This document shows positions 53,275 through 62,154 of a DNA stretch of 64,000 nt, one piece after another. The first letter of the stretch is position 1. Each line of letters opens with the position of its first letter. Under the pieces are notes generated by a model. It ran no database searches, was not told the DNA's origin, and saw only the letters and a program-made list of their open reading frames with translations. The translations under genes were made by a program, and so were the position numbers. Origin of the DNA: Acidobacteriota bacterium (lineage in GTDB: Bacteria > Acidobacteriota > UBA890 > WLXD01); contig CBDBHB010000009.1 in assembly GCA_965205505.1 (NCBI GenBank), positions 64,001 to 128,000 of the forward strand, given 5' to 3'.

Positions 53275-54597
53275 ATGAACAGACGTGATTTCGTGATGAC
53301 GAGCACCGCGGCAGCGGTAGGCGGCCTGTCGTTGAGCCGTGCGGCGGACTTGCGAGTGCAGCCGGCGAGCGCCGAGGCGATTCGGATCGGCGTGATCGGT
53401 TGTGGCGGGCGCGGCACCGGCGCGACGGTACAAGCGTTAAGCACGACGCAGGACGTCAAGCTCGTTGCCATGGCAGATGCGTTCGACGATAGGGTGCAGA
53501 CGAGCTACGAGACGATCACGTCGACTGAACGCGACGATTGGCTCGGCGGCAGTATTGATCTACGGGCTCGTATCGACGTGCCTCCGGAGCGGCGCTTCTC
53601 GGGATTCGATGCCTACAAGCAGTGCTTCCGTTGGTCGATGTGGTCATCTTGGCCACGCCTCCCGGGTTCCGTCCAACCCACTTCGAGGCGGCGATCGAGG
53701 CCGGCAAGCACGTGTTCATGGAGAAGCCGGTGGCCACCGACGCACCCGGTGTGCGGCGCGTGGTTGAGGCCGGAAAGCGTGCCCGAGCGGAGCAGATCAA
53801 CGTCGTCGTCGGGCTGCAGCGACATTACCAGCGGATGTATCGCGCCTGGGTCGAGCGCATTCACGCTGGCATGATCGGCGACGTGATCCTCGGCCGCGTC
53901 TACTGGAACGGCGCCGGCGTGTGGGAAAGACCGCGCCAGCCACAGCAGACCGAGATGGAGTACCAGATGCGCAACTGGTACTACTTCAACTGGCTGTGTG
54001 GAGACCATATCGTCGAGCAGCACATCCACAACACGACGTCGGCAACTGGGTGATGGATGGGCACCCGTTACGTGCGCAGGGACAGGGTGGCCGCCTGGTT
54101 CGAAACGGCAAGGACCACGGCGAGATCTTCGATCATCACTTTGTCGAGTACGAGTACGAAAACGGCAGCCGGGTGCTCAGCCAGTGTCGCCACATGCCTG
54201 ATTGCATGGACCGGGTGTCCGAGGCCTTTCACGGTACCAATGGCACGGCGCCGCGCCCCGGGGTCATACTCTCGAAGAAGGGCAAGACGCTGTTCGAGTA
54301 CGACGACGGCGCGCTGACCCGAACCCCTACCAGGTGGAGCACGACGAGCTGTTCGCGGCGGTGGCCGCAGGCGAGTACACCTACGCGGACACCGAGCGGG
54401 GCGTGGTGGCGACAATGACCGCAATCCTGGGCCGCATGGCAACGTACTCCGGACAGGTCGTCGAATGGGACCAGGCGGTGGAGTCGGATCTCGACCTCAT
54501 GCCGCCTCGGCTTGCCTGGGATGAGCCTCCGCGGGTACTTCCCGACGCACATGGTCGCTACCCGATCCCCACACCCGGCGTGACGCGAGCCTTTTGA
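53275..54597 (+). pseudogene. Tat-exported Gfo/Idh/MocA oxidoreductase with three frameshifts
   Basis: NRRDF, IGCGGRGTGA, HVFMEKP, GDHIVEQHIH; shifts near 53620, 54030 and 54313. Confidence 0.85.
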
Positions 54598-54607
54598 GGC
54601 GGGTTCG

Positions 54608-55507
54608 GTGAGGCGACGCGACTTCATGGGTACGCTGGCGGGCGTCGGCGTTGCCGCGGCCTGGGGAGGTTCCGCGGCGGCCGCCCAAGCGCGATTCGGG
54701 GTCGACTACGCGCCGCACTTCGGGATGTTCCGCGAGAGCGGCGGCGAAGACCCGATCGACCAGCTGCAATTCATGGCGGCGCAGGGTTTCGGCTCGCTCG
54801 AGGACAACGGCATGCGCCAGCGCCCGGTTGCGGAGCAGGAACGCATCGCCGGGGAGATGTCGCGTCTCGATATGCGCATGGGGGTGTTCGTTGCTCACAC
54901 CATCCACTGGCGCGAACCCAATCTCGCCAGCGGCGACGAGAACAAGCGTGCCGAGTTTCTCTCTGAGATCCGCTCCGCGGTGGAGGTAGCCAAGCGGGTC
55001 CACGCCACGTGGATGACGGTGGTTCCCGGTCACGTGGACCTCGCTGTTCACCCGGACTACCAGACAGCCAACGTCGTAGAGGCGCTGAAGCGGGCAGCGG
55101 CAATCCTCGAGCCACACAGTCTGACCATGGTGCTCGAGCCGTTGAACCCACGCGACCACCCCGGCCTCTTTCTCAAAGGGATTCCGCAGGCCTTCCAGAT
55201 CTGCAAGGCGGTCGACAGCCCGGCGTGCAAGATTCTCGACGACCTCTACCACCAGCAGATCAGCGAGGGTGACCTCATTCCCAACATCGACGCGGCGTGG
55301 GACGAGATTGCCTACTTTCAGATCGGCGACAATCCAGGGCGCAACGAGCCCACCACCGGCGAGATCAACTACCAAAACGTCTTCCGCCACATCCACGACA
55401 AGGGCTTCGACGGAATTCTGGGAATGGAGCACGGCAATTCGCAGCCCGGAGCTTCCGGGGAGCTGGCGGTTATCGATGCCTATCGTCGCGTCGATGTGCA
55501 CCACTAG
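54608..55507 (+). CDS. Hydroxypyruvate isomerase-like TIM-barrel protein
   Basis: MVLEPLN, DLYHQQISEG, DNPGRNEPTTGEINY, GMEH. Confidence 0.88.
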   Translation: MRRRDFMGTLAGVGVAAAWGGSAAAAQARFGVDYAPHFGMFRESGGEDPIDQLQFMAAQGFGSLEDNGMRQRPVAEQERIAGEMSRLDMRMGVFVAHTIHWREPNLASGDENKRAEFLSEIRSAVEVAKRVHATWMTVVPGHVDLAVHPDYQTANVVEALKRAAAILEPHSLTMVLEPLNPRDHPGLFLKGIPQAFQICKAVDSPACKILDDLYHQQISEGDLIPNIDAAWDEIAYFQIGDNPGRNEPTTGEINYQNVFRHIHDKGFDGILGMEHGNSQPGASGELAVIDAYRRVDVHH

Positions 55508-55574
55508 TGGTGGAAGTGTGGCGGGCATGCACACGGCGCATGACCGGATGACATTTTTGACTACCGGGAGAACC

Positions 55575-57158
55575 ATGCGACGCTTGACGCTGATCTGCTG
55601 CGCGACGCTCTCTGCCGTCATGGCGACGGCCACGCCCGCCAACTCGCAGCAGCGCAGCTTCACCCTACGCGGCGGTGGGACCGGTGTGTTTCTCGATGGT
55701 GCCGCGGATCACACCATGATCCTGCGCCCGACGGACGACGGCGGCTGGCGACTCGAATGTATCCGGGGCGACCGTCACGACGCCGCGGCTTTCCTCCGAT
55801 CCGGTGATCGCATCGCACCGCCGGCGAGCAACCTCGACGAGCGCGACGATGATGGGCGCCTGGCGCGGGCCGCGGTCACCGCGGGCATGCGGTTTGATCC
55901 AGACGCCCCGACGGGCGTCGACGATGCGGGCCGCGTGCTGCTGTACATGCCAAAGCCGATCGAGCCGGGGTCGAGCGGGTCGCACTTTGACCGCACCGCC
56001 AGCCCTGACCTGCTCATGGAGCCAACTATTTCGCCTGACTTGTTGTTCGACGAGGTCGACCTGACGGATGCGGCACTGCGCGATACGGGATGGCGTTCGG
56101 GGAAGTTCCGCTCTGAGGTGCGCTTCACGGACGACGCTGAAAGCGGCTTCAACGACCCCGTCTTGGGACCGGCGCGCCGCGCCGCCCTGCGGTTCATGGT
56201 CCGCGTCTGGGGGCGGCTGCTCAGCAGCGCGTCGAAGGTCACGGTCGACGCGGGGTTCGCGGATCTGTCGTGCTCGGTCACCGAGGGAGCGACGCTGGCG
56301 CAAGCGGGTCCGCTGTTCGTGTTCGCGAACTTCGCCGGCGGCTTGCCGGATGTCTGGTATCCGGGACCGACGGCGGAGTCGATCGTCCGCGCCGACCTGA
56401 GTGAGTCCGACGAAGCCGACCTCGCGATCACCTTCAACGCAGCGGTCGATGACGGATGCTTGGGACCGGGCACGGCCTGGTACTACGGGCTCGACGACAA
56501 CGCCCCGTCGACGCACGTGGCGTTCCTCCCCGTGGCCCTTCACGAGATGGCACACGGATTGGGGTTCCTCGGGCTGACGCACCTGGATACGGGAGCGTTC
56601 TTTCGGAAGCTTCCAGACATCCTGACGACGATGACATTCGATAACCGGCGGAACAGAACCTGGGACGAGCTGTCTCGCGGGGCGCGCCGCAAGTCCGCCG
56701 TGCGCGACGGCGAGGTCGCATTCACCGGCGCTAAGACCTTGCGAGGCGCACAGCCGCTCCTGCGCGGGGCCCACGTGATTCAGATCACCGCCCCCGACAA
56801 CCTGGCGGGAACCCACGTGGTCGGCCGGGCGCTCTTCGGCCCGGCGCTCGACGAAACTGGTCTGGCCACCGACCTAGCGCTCGCCGATGATGGCACCAGC
56901 ACGCCGACGCTCGCCTGTGGGCCGCTCGCCAATGGCGGCGAGATTGCCGGCAAGATCGCGGTGATCGACCGTGGCGAGTGCCGGTTCGATGCTAAGGTGC
57001 AAGCGGCGCAGGATGCCGGTGCCGTGGGCGTGGTGGTGGTCAACAACGTCGGCGGTCCAGCGGTGGACATGGCCGGCGAAGACGGGTCGATCGTAATTCC
57101 CGCCGTCATGGTGGACATGCAGCTTGGCAAGAAGATCAAGCGACGCCTGAGGAACTAG
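55575..57158 (+). CDS. Secreted PA-domain zinc metallopeptidase, circularly permuted
   Basis: Signal peptide; HEMAHGLGF; PA domain (IAVIDRGECRFDAKVQAAQDAGAVG). The GSSGSH/LLMEP block lies N-terminal to HExxH. Confidence 0.8.
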   Translation: MRRLTLICCATLSAVMATATPANSQQRSFTLRGGGTGVFLDGAADHTMILRPTDDGGWRLECIRGDRHDAAAFLRSGDRIAPPASNLDERDDDGRLARAAVTAGMRFDPDAPTGVDDAGRVLLYMPKPIEPGSSGSHFDRTASPDLLMEPTISPDLLFDEVDLTDAALRDTGWRSGKFRSEVRFTDDAESGFNDPVLGPARRAALRFMVRVWGRLLSSASKVTVDAGFADLSCSVTEGATLAQAGPLFVFANFAGGLPDVWYPGPTAESIVRADLSESDEADLAITFNAAVDDGCLGPGTAWYYGLDDNAPSTHVAFLPVALHEMAHGLGFLGLTHLDTGAFFRKLPDILTTMTFDNRRNRTWDELSRGARRKSAVRDGEVAFTGAKTLRGAQPLLRGAHVIQITAPDNLAGTHVVGRALFGPALDETGLATDLALADDGTSTPTLACGPLANGGEIAGKIAVIDRGECRFDAKVQAAQDAGAVGVVVVNNVGGPAVDMAGEDGSIVIPAVMVDMQLGKKIKRRLRN

Positions 57159-57165
57159 TGGCCTG

Positions 57166-58341
57166 TTGGATGATCCGACCGGTGCTTGCTTCGGTCGTGC
57201 GGGTGCTCACGTGAACCAAGGCCGGCCGCCGCTTGTCGAGGGCGTCTCCCACGACAGCGATTGGCTCACAGTTCGGTGGCGCGGCGGGCAACAGGATCGC
57301 TTCCCGGCGATCTGGCTGCGCGACAACATCCCCAGCGGTCGCCACACGCCGGAAGGACAACGGCTATTCGACATCGCCCAGCTGCCGGATCACATCACGC
57401 TGAGCGCCGCAACGGTTACTGCCGCCGATGGCGTGGCCGTTACTTTCGATCCGGAGGGAATTGTCGACACCTTCGAAGCCGCCTGGTTGCAGCGCCATTC
57501 GCTCGACCCCGATGCCCGACGAGCGCGCCGCGCGCATCCGATCCTCTGGTCCGGGGAGAGACAAGAGCAGATGGAGTTCGTCGACTACGCCGGCGTCACC
57601 AACGGCGCCGCCGAGCTGACCGCCTGGCTGAGCACGGTGCGGGACTGTGGCTTCGGTCTCCTGCGCAATGTTCCGACCGTCCCCGGGACCGTGCTCGAGG
57701 TCGTTCGGCTCTTCGGCTTCGTGCGCGAGACGAGTTACGGCCGGCTGTTCGACGTAATCATCAAGCCCGATGCCGCGAACCTTGCCTATACCTCGGTGAC
57801 GGTCGGGGCGCATACCGACAATCCGTACCGCGATCCGGTGCCCGGCCTGCAGCTCCTCCACTGCCTGATGTCCGAGGTCGAGGGCGGCGAGTCGGTGCTG
57901 GTTGACGGCTTCCAGGCCGCCGAACGCCTGCGGTGCGCCGCGCCGCACCAGTTCGAGCTACTGCGCGAGCATCCGGTAGGCTTTCGCTACACCGACCCGG
58001 GGTCCGTCGACTTACGCAGCGAAGGCCCGCTCATCGAGACGAACACGGCGGGTGAGCTGGTGGCGGTGCGCTACAACAGTCGCTCGGCGGCACCCCTCGA
58101 CATGCCCGTCGATGTGCTTCCCGCTTTCTATGATGGCTATCGTCACTTTGGGCGGCTGCTCGAGGACCCGGTGGCACAGGTGTCGTTCAAGCTCGGCCCG
58201 GGAGACCTCGTGATGTTCGATAACCAACGGGTGCTCCATGCCCGCAAGGGCTTCGCGGGCAACAAGCGGCACCTGCAGGGGTGCTACGCCGACAAGGACG
58301 GCTTGTACAGCGCACTGCGAATCCTCGAGCGCCGCTCGTGA
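57166..58341 (+). CDS. tmpA: Fe(II)/2OG dioxygenase, gamma-butyrobetaine hydroxylase-like (TmpA-like); start may be GTG at 57211
   Basis: WLRDN, HTDNPYRDPVPG, DNQRVLHAR; coupled to an HD-domain gene. Confidence 0.75.
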   Translation: MDDPTGACFGRAGAHVNQGRPPLVEGVSHDSDWLTVRWRGGQQDRFPAIWLRDNIPSGRHTPEGQRLFDIAQLPDHITLSAATVTAADGVAVTFDPEGIVDTFEAAWLQRHSLDPDARRARRAHPILWSGERQEQMEFVDYAGVTNGAAELTAWLSTVRDCGFGLLRNVPTVPGTVLEVVRLFGFVRETSYGRLFDVIIKPDAANLAYTSVTVGAHTDNPYRDPVPGLQLLHCLMSEVEGGESVLVDGFQAAERLRCAAPHQFELLREHPVGFRYTDPGSVDLRSEGPLIETNTAGELVAVRYNSRSAAPLDMPVDVLPAFYDGYRHFGRLLEDPVAQVSFKLGPGDLVMFDNQRVLHARKGFAGNKRHLQGCYADKDGLYSALRILERRS

Positions 58342-58898
58342 GCTCGATTGTTGACGAGATCGAAGAGCTGTACGCTCGCCGCGGGCACGAAAGCTACGGC
58401 GAAGGCGTCACCATGCTCGAGCACTCGCTATTGACCGCTCGAGCCGGCGAGCAGGCCGGTGCGCCAGACGCCTTGGTAGCTGCATGTCTGCTGCACGACA
58501 TCGGTCACTTCCTCGAGGAAGCCGACGATGCCTACGGTGTTCACGACCACGGCGACGCATCGGGTGACTATCTGGCGCGCTTCTTCCCCGCCGGCGTTAG
58601 CGAGCCGGCTCGGCTTCACGTCGCGGCCAAGCGTTACTTGTGTGCAGCCGACCCCGAATACATCAACGCGCTTTCGGATGCCTCGCGATACACGCTCGAC
58701 AAACAGGGTGGGCCGATGTCACCTGCAGAGCGTCGCGAGTTCGAGGCCAATCCGTACCACCGCGACGGGGTGCGCTTGCGCAAATGGGAAGACTCGTCTG
58801 GCAAGGATGACGGCACCCGTCCTCCGGACTGGGCGCACTTCCGCTCGCTGCTGGAGAGAGTGGCCGCGTCGCGGCAGTCTAGGCTCTCAACTCGGTAG
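58338..58898 (+). CDS. tmpB: HD-domain phosphonate oxygenase (TmpB/PhnZ-like)
   Basis: YGEGVTMLEH, LLHDIGH, LHVAAKRYLC, QGGPMS; GTGA overlap with the upstream gene. Confidence 0.75.
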   Translation: MSSIVDEIEELYARRGHESYGEGVTMLEHSLLTARAGEQAGAPDALVAACLLHDIGHFLEEADDAYGVHDHGDASGDYLARFFPAGVSEPARLHVAAKRYLCAADPEYINALSDASRYTLDKQGGPMSPAERREFEANPYHRDGVRLRKWEDSSGKDDGTRPPDWAHFRSLLERVAASRQSRLSTR

Positions 58899-59100
58899 CG
58901 ACGCGGCGCGACATGAGCCGATTCGATTGACTAACAATGTGTTTTGATGATTGTCGAAAACTATTACGCGTCTACAGACGCCCCGCCAGTGACGCGCCAT
59001 CGTCGCATTTGGTCACGTCCGAACCTGACACAGGGTATCGGCGACACGTAGCAAGGCCCAGGCGACAGAAACATGCATACGTTGCACGCCAGCCGCGACG

Positions 59101-60519
59101 TCACTCCCGCTTGAACTCGGCGACCAGCGCGGCGACCGATGTCTTGGCGTCGCCAAGCAGCATGCGCGTCTTCTCACGGAAGAACAGCGAGTTGTCGATG
59201 CCTGCATAGCCGGTCCCGAGCGAGCGCTTGAGCACAAAGGTGGTTCGGGCGCGGTCGGCATCGATGATCGGCATCCCGTAGATTGGGCTTTCCTCGTCCT
59301 CTCGGGCGGCGGGGTTCACCACATCGTTGGCTCCGATCACCATGCAGACGTCCACGGTCGCCATCTTCGGGTTGACGTCCCCCGGTTCGACGAGTTGGTC
59401 GTACGGCACGCTCGCCTCGGCGAGCAATACATTCATGTGGCCTGGCATGCGACCAGCCACCGGATGGATCGCGTAGCGTACCTCGCAGCCGTTTTCTTCG
59501 AGCAGGTCGGCGAGCTCGCGGACCGCGTGCTGCGCCTGCGCCACCGCCATTCCGTACCCTGGCACGAACACCACGCTGCTTGATGCCTCCAGGATCAAGA
59601 AAGCGTCTTCCGTGTTGATCACCTTGGCCTCGCCTTGGACGCTCTTGGCGGACCGTTTTGAGTTAGAGCCGAAGCCGGAGAACAACACGTTGGCCAGCGA
59701 GCGGTTCATTGCCTTGCACATGATTGCGGTCAGGATCAGCCCGCTCGCCCCCACCAAGGCTCCAGATACGATCAACACTTTGTTGACGATAATGAACCCT
59801 GTCGCGCAGGCTGCCAGGCCTGAACAGCTGTTGAGCAGAGCGACTACCACAGGCATGTCGCCGCCGCCTATCGAGAGGACGCTGAGGGTTCCGAGCACCA
59901 GACTGATGCCGACCACGGCCAGGTAGGCTGTGTACTTCGCTTCCATCAGCGCGCTCGGCTCGCCGACCATCGCGAACACGCCGCCGGCGGCGAGCGCGCC
60001 GATCACCAGCAGAACACTGACTACTTGCTGGCCGGGAAAGAGCATGGGCGACCCCGGGACCTTGCCCGCCAACTTGCCCCACGCGACGATGCTGCCGGTG
60101 AAGGTAACGCCGCCGATCAGCGACGCGACACCGATGGAGCCGAGCGTGAAGATGCTGAATTCGCCGCCGGCGGCCGTGCTGATTCCGACTTGCGTCTGGT
60201 GGTACTCGGCCCAGCCGACAAGCAACGATGCGAGCCCGCCGCTGCCGTTGAAGAGCGCCACCATCTCGGGCATACCTGTCATTGCCACCGTGCGTGCCGC
60301 GAAAGCACCAACGGCGCCGCCGGTGATGATGCCCACGACGATCCACTGATAGTCGAGCCCGCCGTACGCCACCGTGGCGACTGCCGCGAGTAACATTCCA
60401 ATGGCCGAGATCTGATTCCCGCGCCGCGCCGACTCGGCCCGCTGTAGCCGTTTCAGGCCATAGACGAACAGGACGGCGGCGCCGATGTACGCCAGGTCGA
60501 TCAGGAACGCGCGGCTCAT
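59101..60519 (-). CDS. pntB: NAD(P) transhydrogenase subunit beta
   Basis: GGGDMPVVV, PGYGMAVAQAQ, HPVAGRMPGHMNVLLAE, GANDVVNP. Confidence 0.97.
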   Translation of the reverse strand: MSRAFLIDLAYIGAAVLFVYGLKRLQRAESARRGNQISAIGMLLAAVATVAYGGLDYQWIVVGIITGGAVGAFAARTVAMTGMPEMVALFNGSGGLASLLVGWAEYHQTQVGISTAAGGEFSIFTLGSIGVASLIGGVTFTGSIVAWGKLAGKVPGSPMLFPGQQVVSVLLVIGALAAGGVFAMVGEPSALMEAKYTAYLAVVGISLVLGTLSVLSIGGGDMPVVVALLNSCSGLAACATGFIIVNKVLIVSGALVGASGLILTAIMCKAMNRSLANVLFSGFGSNSKRSAKSVQGEAKVINTEDAFLILEASSSVVFVPGYGMAVAQAQHAVRELADLLEENGCEVRYAIHPVAGRMPGHMNVLLAEASVPYDQLVEPGDVNPKMATVDVCMVIGANDVVNPAAREDEESPIYGMPIIDADRARTTFVLKRSLGTGYAGIDNSLFFREKTRMLLGDAKTSVAALVAEFKRE

Positions 60520-60520
60520 C

Positions 60521-60820
60521 TCAGCCTTCTCCCGGGCCCTTCTTGCGGAACATCGCGAACATGCGGTCGGTCACGAGATAGCCCCCGACGACGTTGATCG
60601 TGGCGCATGCCACCGCCAGCGTTCCGAGAACGATAGTGACGCTCTCGCTGCTGCCGCGGAGCGACAGCAGCGCCCCGACAATAGTGATTCCCGAGATGGC
60701 GTTGGAGCCGCTCATCAGCGGAGTGTGGAGCTGAGACGGCACTCGCGAGATGAGCTCGAACCCGAGAAAAATGGCGAGCATCAAGATGAACAAGAGGAAC
60801 ACGATCGTCTGAACGTCCAT
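60521..60820 (-). CDS. pntAB: NAD(P) transhydrogenase subunit alpha, part 2
   Basis: LHTPLMSGSNAISG, NVVGGYLVTDRM. Confidence 0.95.
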   Translation of the reverse strand: MDVQTIVFLLFILMLAIFLGFELISRVPSQLHTPLMSGSNAISGITIVGALLSLRGSSESVTIVLGTLAVACATINVVGGYLVTDRMFAMFRKKGPGEG

Positions 60821-60860
60821 TGGGATTCGGCTTTGCCTCGGTAGATTGTTGGCCCGACGT

Positions 60861-62003
60861 TTACGCGCAGGCGTATGCTTTGCTCAGCCTCTCGCTGATG
60901 ATCTGGCCGCCGCAGGTGATGAGCGCGCCGGCCATGATCTCGTCGTCGCGATCCAGCCTCACGCTCTTGGCTTCGTCATCCCAGAAATGGGTGAGGAAAC
61001 TGACCAGGTTGTTGGAATACATCTGGCTGGCGTGAACGGCGACACGACCCGGCAGGTTGTCGAGACCAATGATTCGTACCCCGCCGACGTCGACCTCTTC
61101 GTTGAATCGGGTTCCGGCGACGTTGCCGCCGTGCTCGCTTGCAGCCATATCCACGACCACGCTCCCTGGCCTCATCCCGGCGACCATGTCCTCGTCGACG
61201 ATCAAAGGCGGCCTGCGGCCGAAAAGCTTCGCCGTGGTGATGACTACATCCGCCGCCGCGCAGACCTTGGCCATCCCTCGTCGCTGCATCTTGAGCTGCT
61301 CGGCGGTCAAGTCCGTGGCGTAGCCGCCCTCTGTCTGGCCGGTGTCACCGAGGTCGATCTTGACGAACTTGGCGCCGAGCGACTTGACCTGCTCTTCAAC
61401 TACCGGGCGCGTATCGAAGGCGTTGACCCGAGCGCCCATACGCTTGGCCGTGGCGATGGCTTGCAAGCCTGCCACACCGGCACCGATCACGAAGACTCGC
61501 GAGGGCCTCAGGGTGCCTGCAGGGGTCATCATCATCGGGTAGGTACGGGCAAGCCGTTCGGCAGCCAGCACCACAGCGACATAACCTGCCAGGCTCGCTT
61601 GCGAGCTCAGCGCGTCCATCTTCTGCGCCAGCGTCGTGCGTGGGATCAGCTCGATACACACGGCGTTGACGTCGCGTGCGGCCAAGGCTCTTACTAGTTC
61701 TTGGTTGAAGAACGGGTCGAGGTAGCTGATGTGAATGGTGCCGGCCGCAAGCATCTCTACCTCCTCGGTTGGAGGAGGGTTGAGGCGTAGCACCACCTCG
61801 GCGTCGCGAAGAAGGGTTGCGCGATCGCCGACAACGCTGGCGCCGGCGTCCTCGTAGCTCGAGTCGGGGGCGTTTACCGTCCTACCGACACCGGCCTCGA
61901 CGCCAACCTCGGCGCCCATCTCCACGAGCATTGCTACGCCCGCAGGAACCACCGGCACGCGGCGCTCGTTCACCTTCGCTTCGCGCGGGATGGCGATCTT
62001 CAT
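60861..62003 (-). CDS. pntAA: NAD(P) transhydrogenase subunit alpha, part 1
   Basis: RTTLAQKMDALSSQ, GAGVAGLQAI, GGYA. Confidence 0.95.
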   Translation of the reverse strand: MKIAIPREAKVNERRVPVVPAGVAMLVEMGAEVGVEAGVGRTVNAPDSSYEDAGASVVGDRATLLRDAEVVLRLNPPPTEEVEMLAAGTIHISYLDPFFNQELVRALAARDVNAVCIELIPRTTLAQKMDALSSQASLAGYVAVVLAAERLARTYPMMMTPAGTLRPSRVFVIGAGVAGLQAIATAKRMGARVNAFDTRPVVEEQVKSLGAKFVKIDLGDTGQTEGGYATDLTAEQLKMQRRGMAKVCAAADVVITTAKLFGRRPPLIVDEDMVAGMRPGSVVVDMAASEHGGNVAGTRFNEEVDVGGVRIIGLDNLPGRVAVHASQMYSNNLVSFLTHFWDDEAKSVRLDRDDEIMAGALITCGGQIISERLSKAYACA

Positions 62004-62154
62004 GCGTAGCTTTCCTGTGCTCGTATCGAGGCGTGAATGGGTCGGCGGCAGCGCCGTCGTCTTAGTAGGCGCGACGAAAGCCTGATTGTCCTAGACCGGC
62101 GACGAGCCCGCAAACACGCCGCAACCAGGCCCGCCACACTTCCATCACGGCCTG

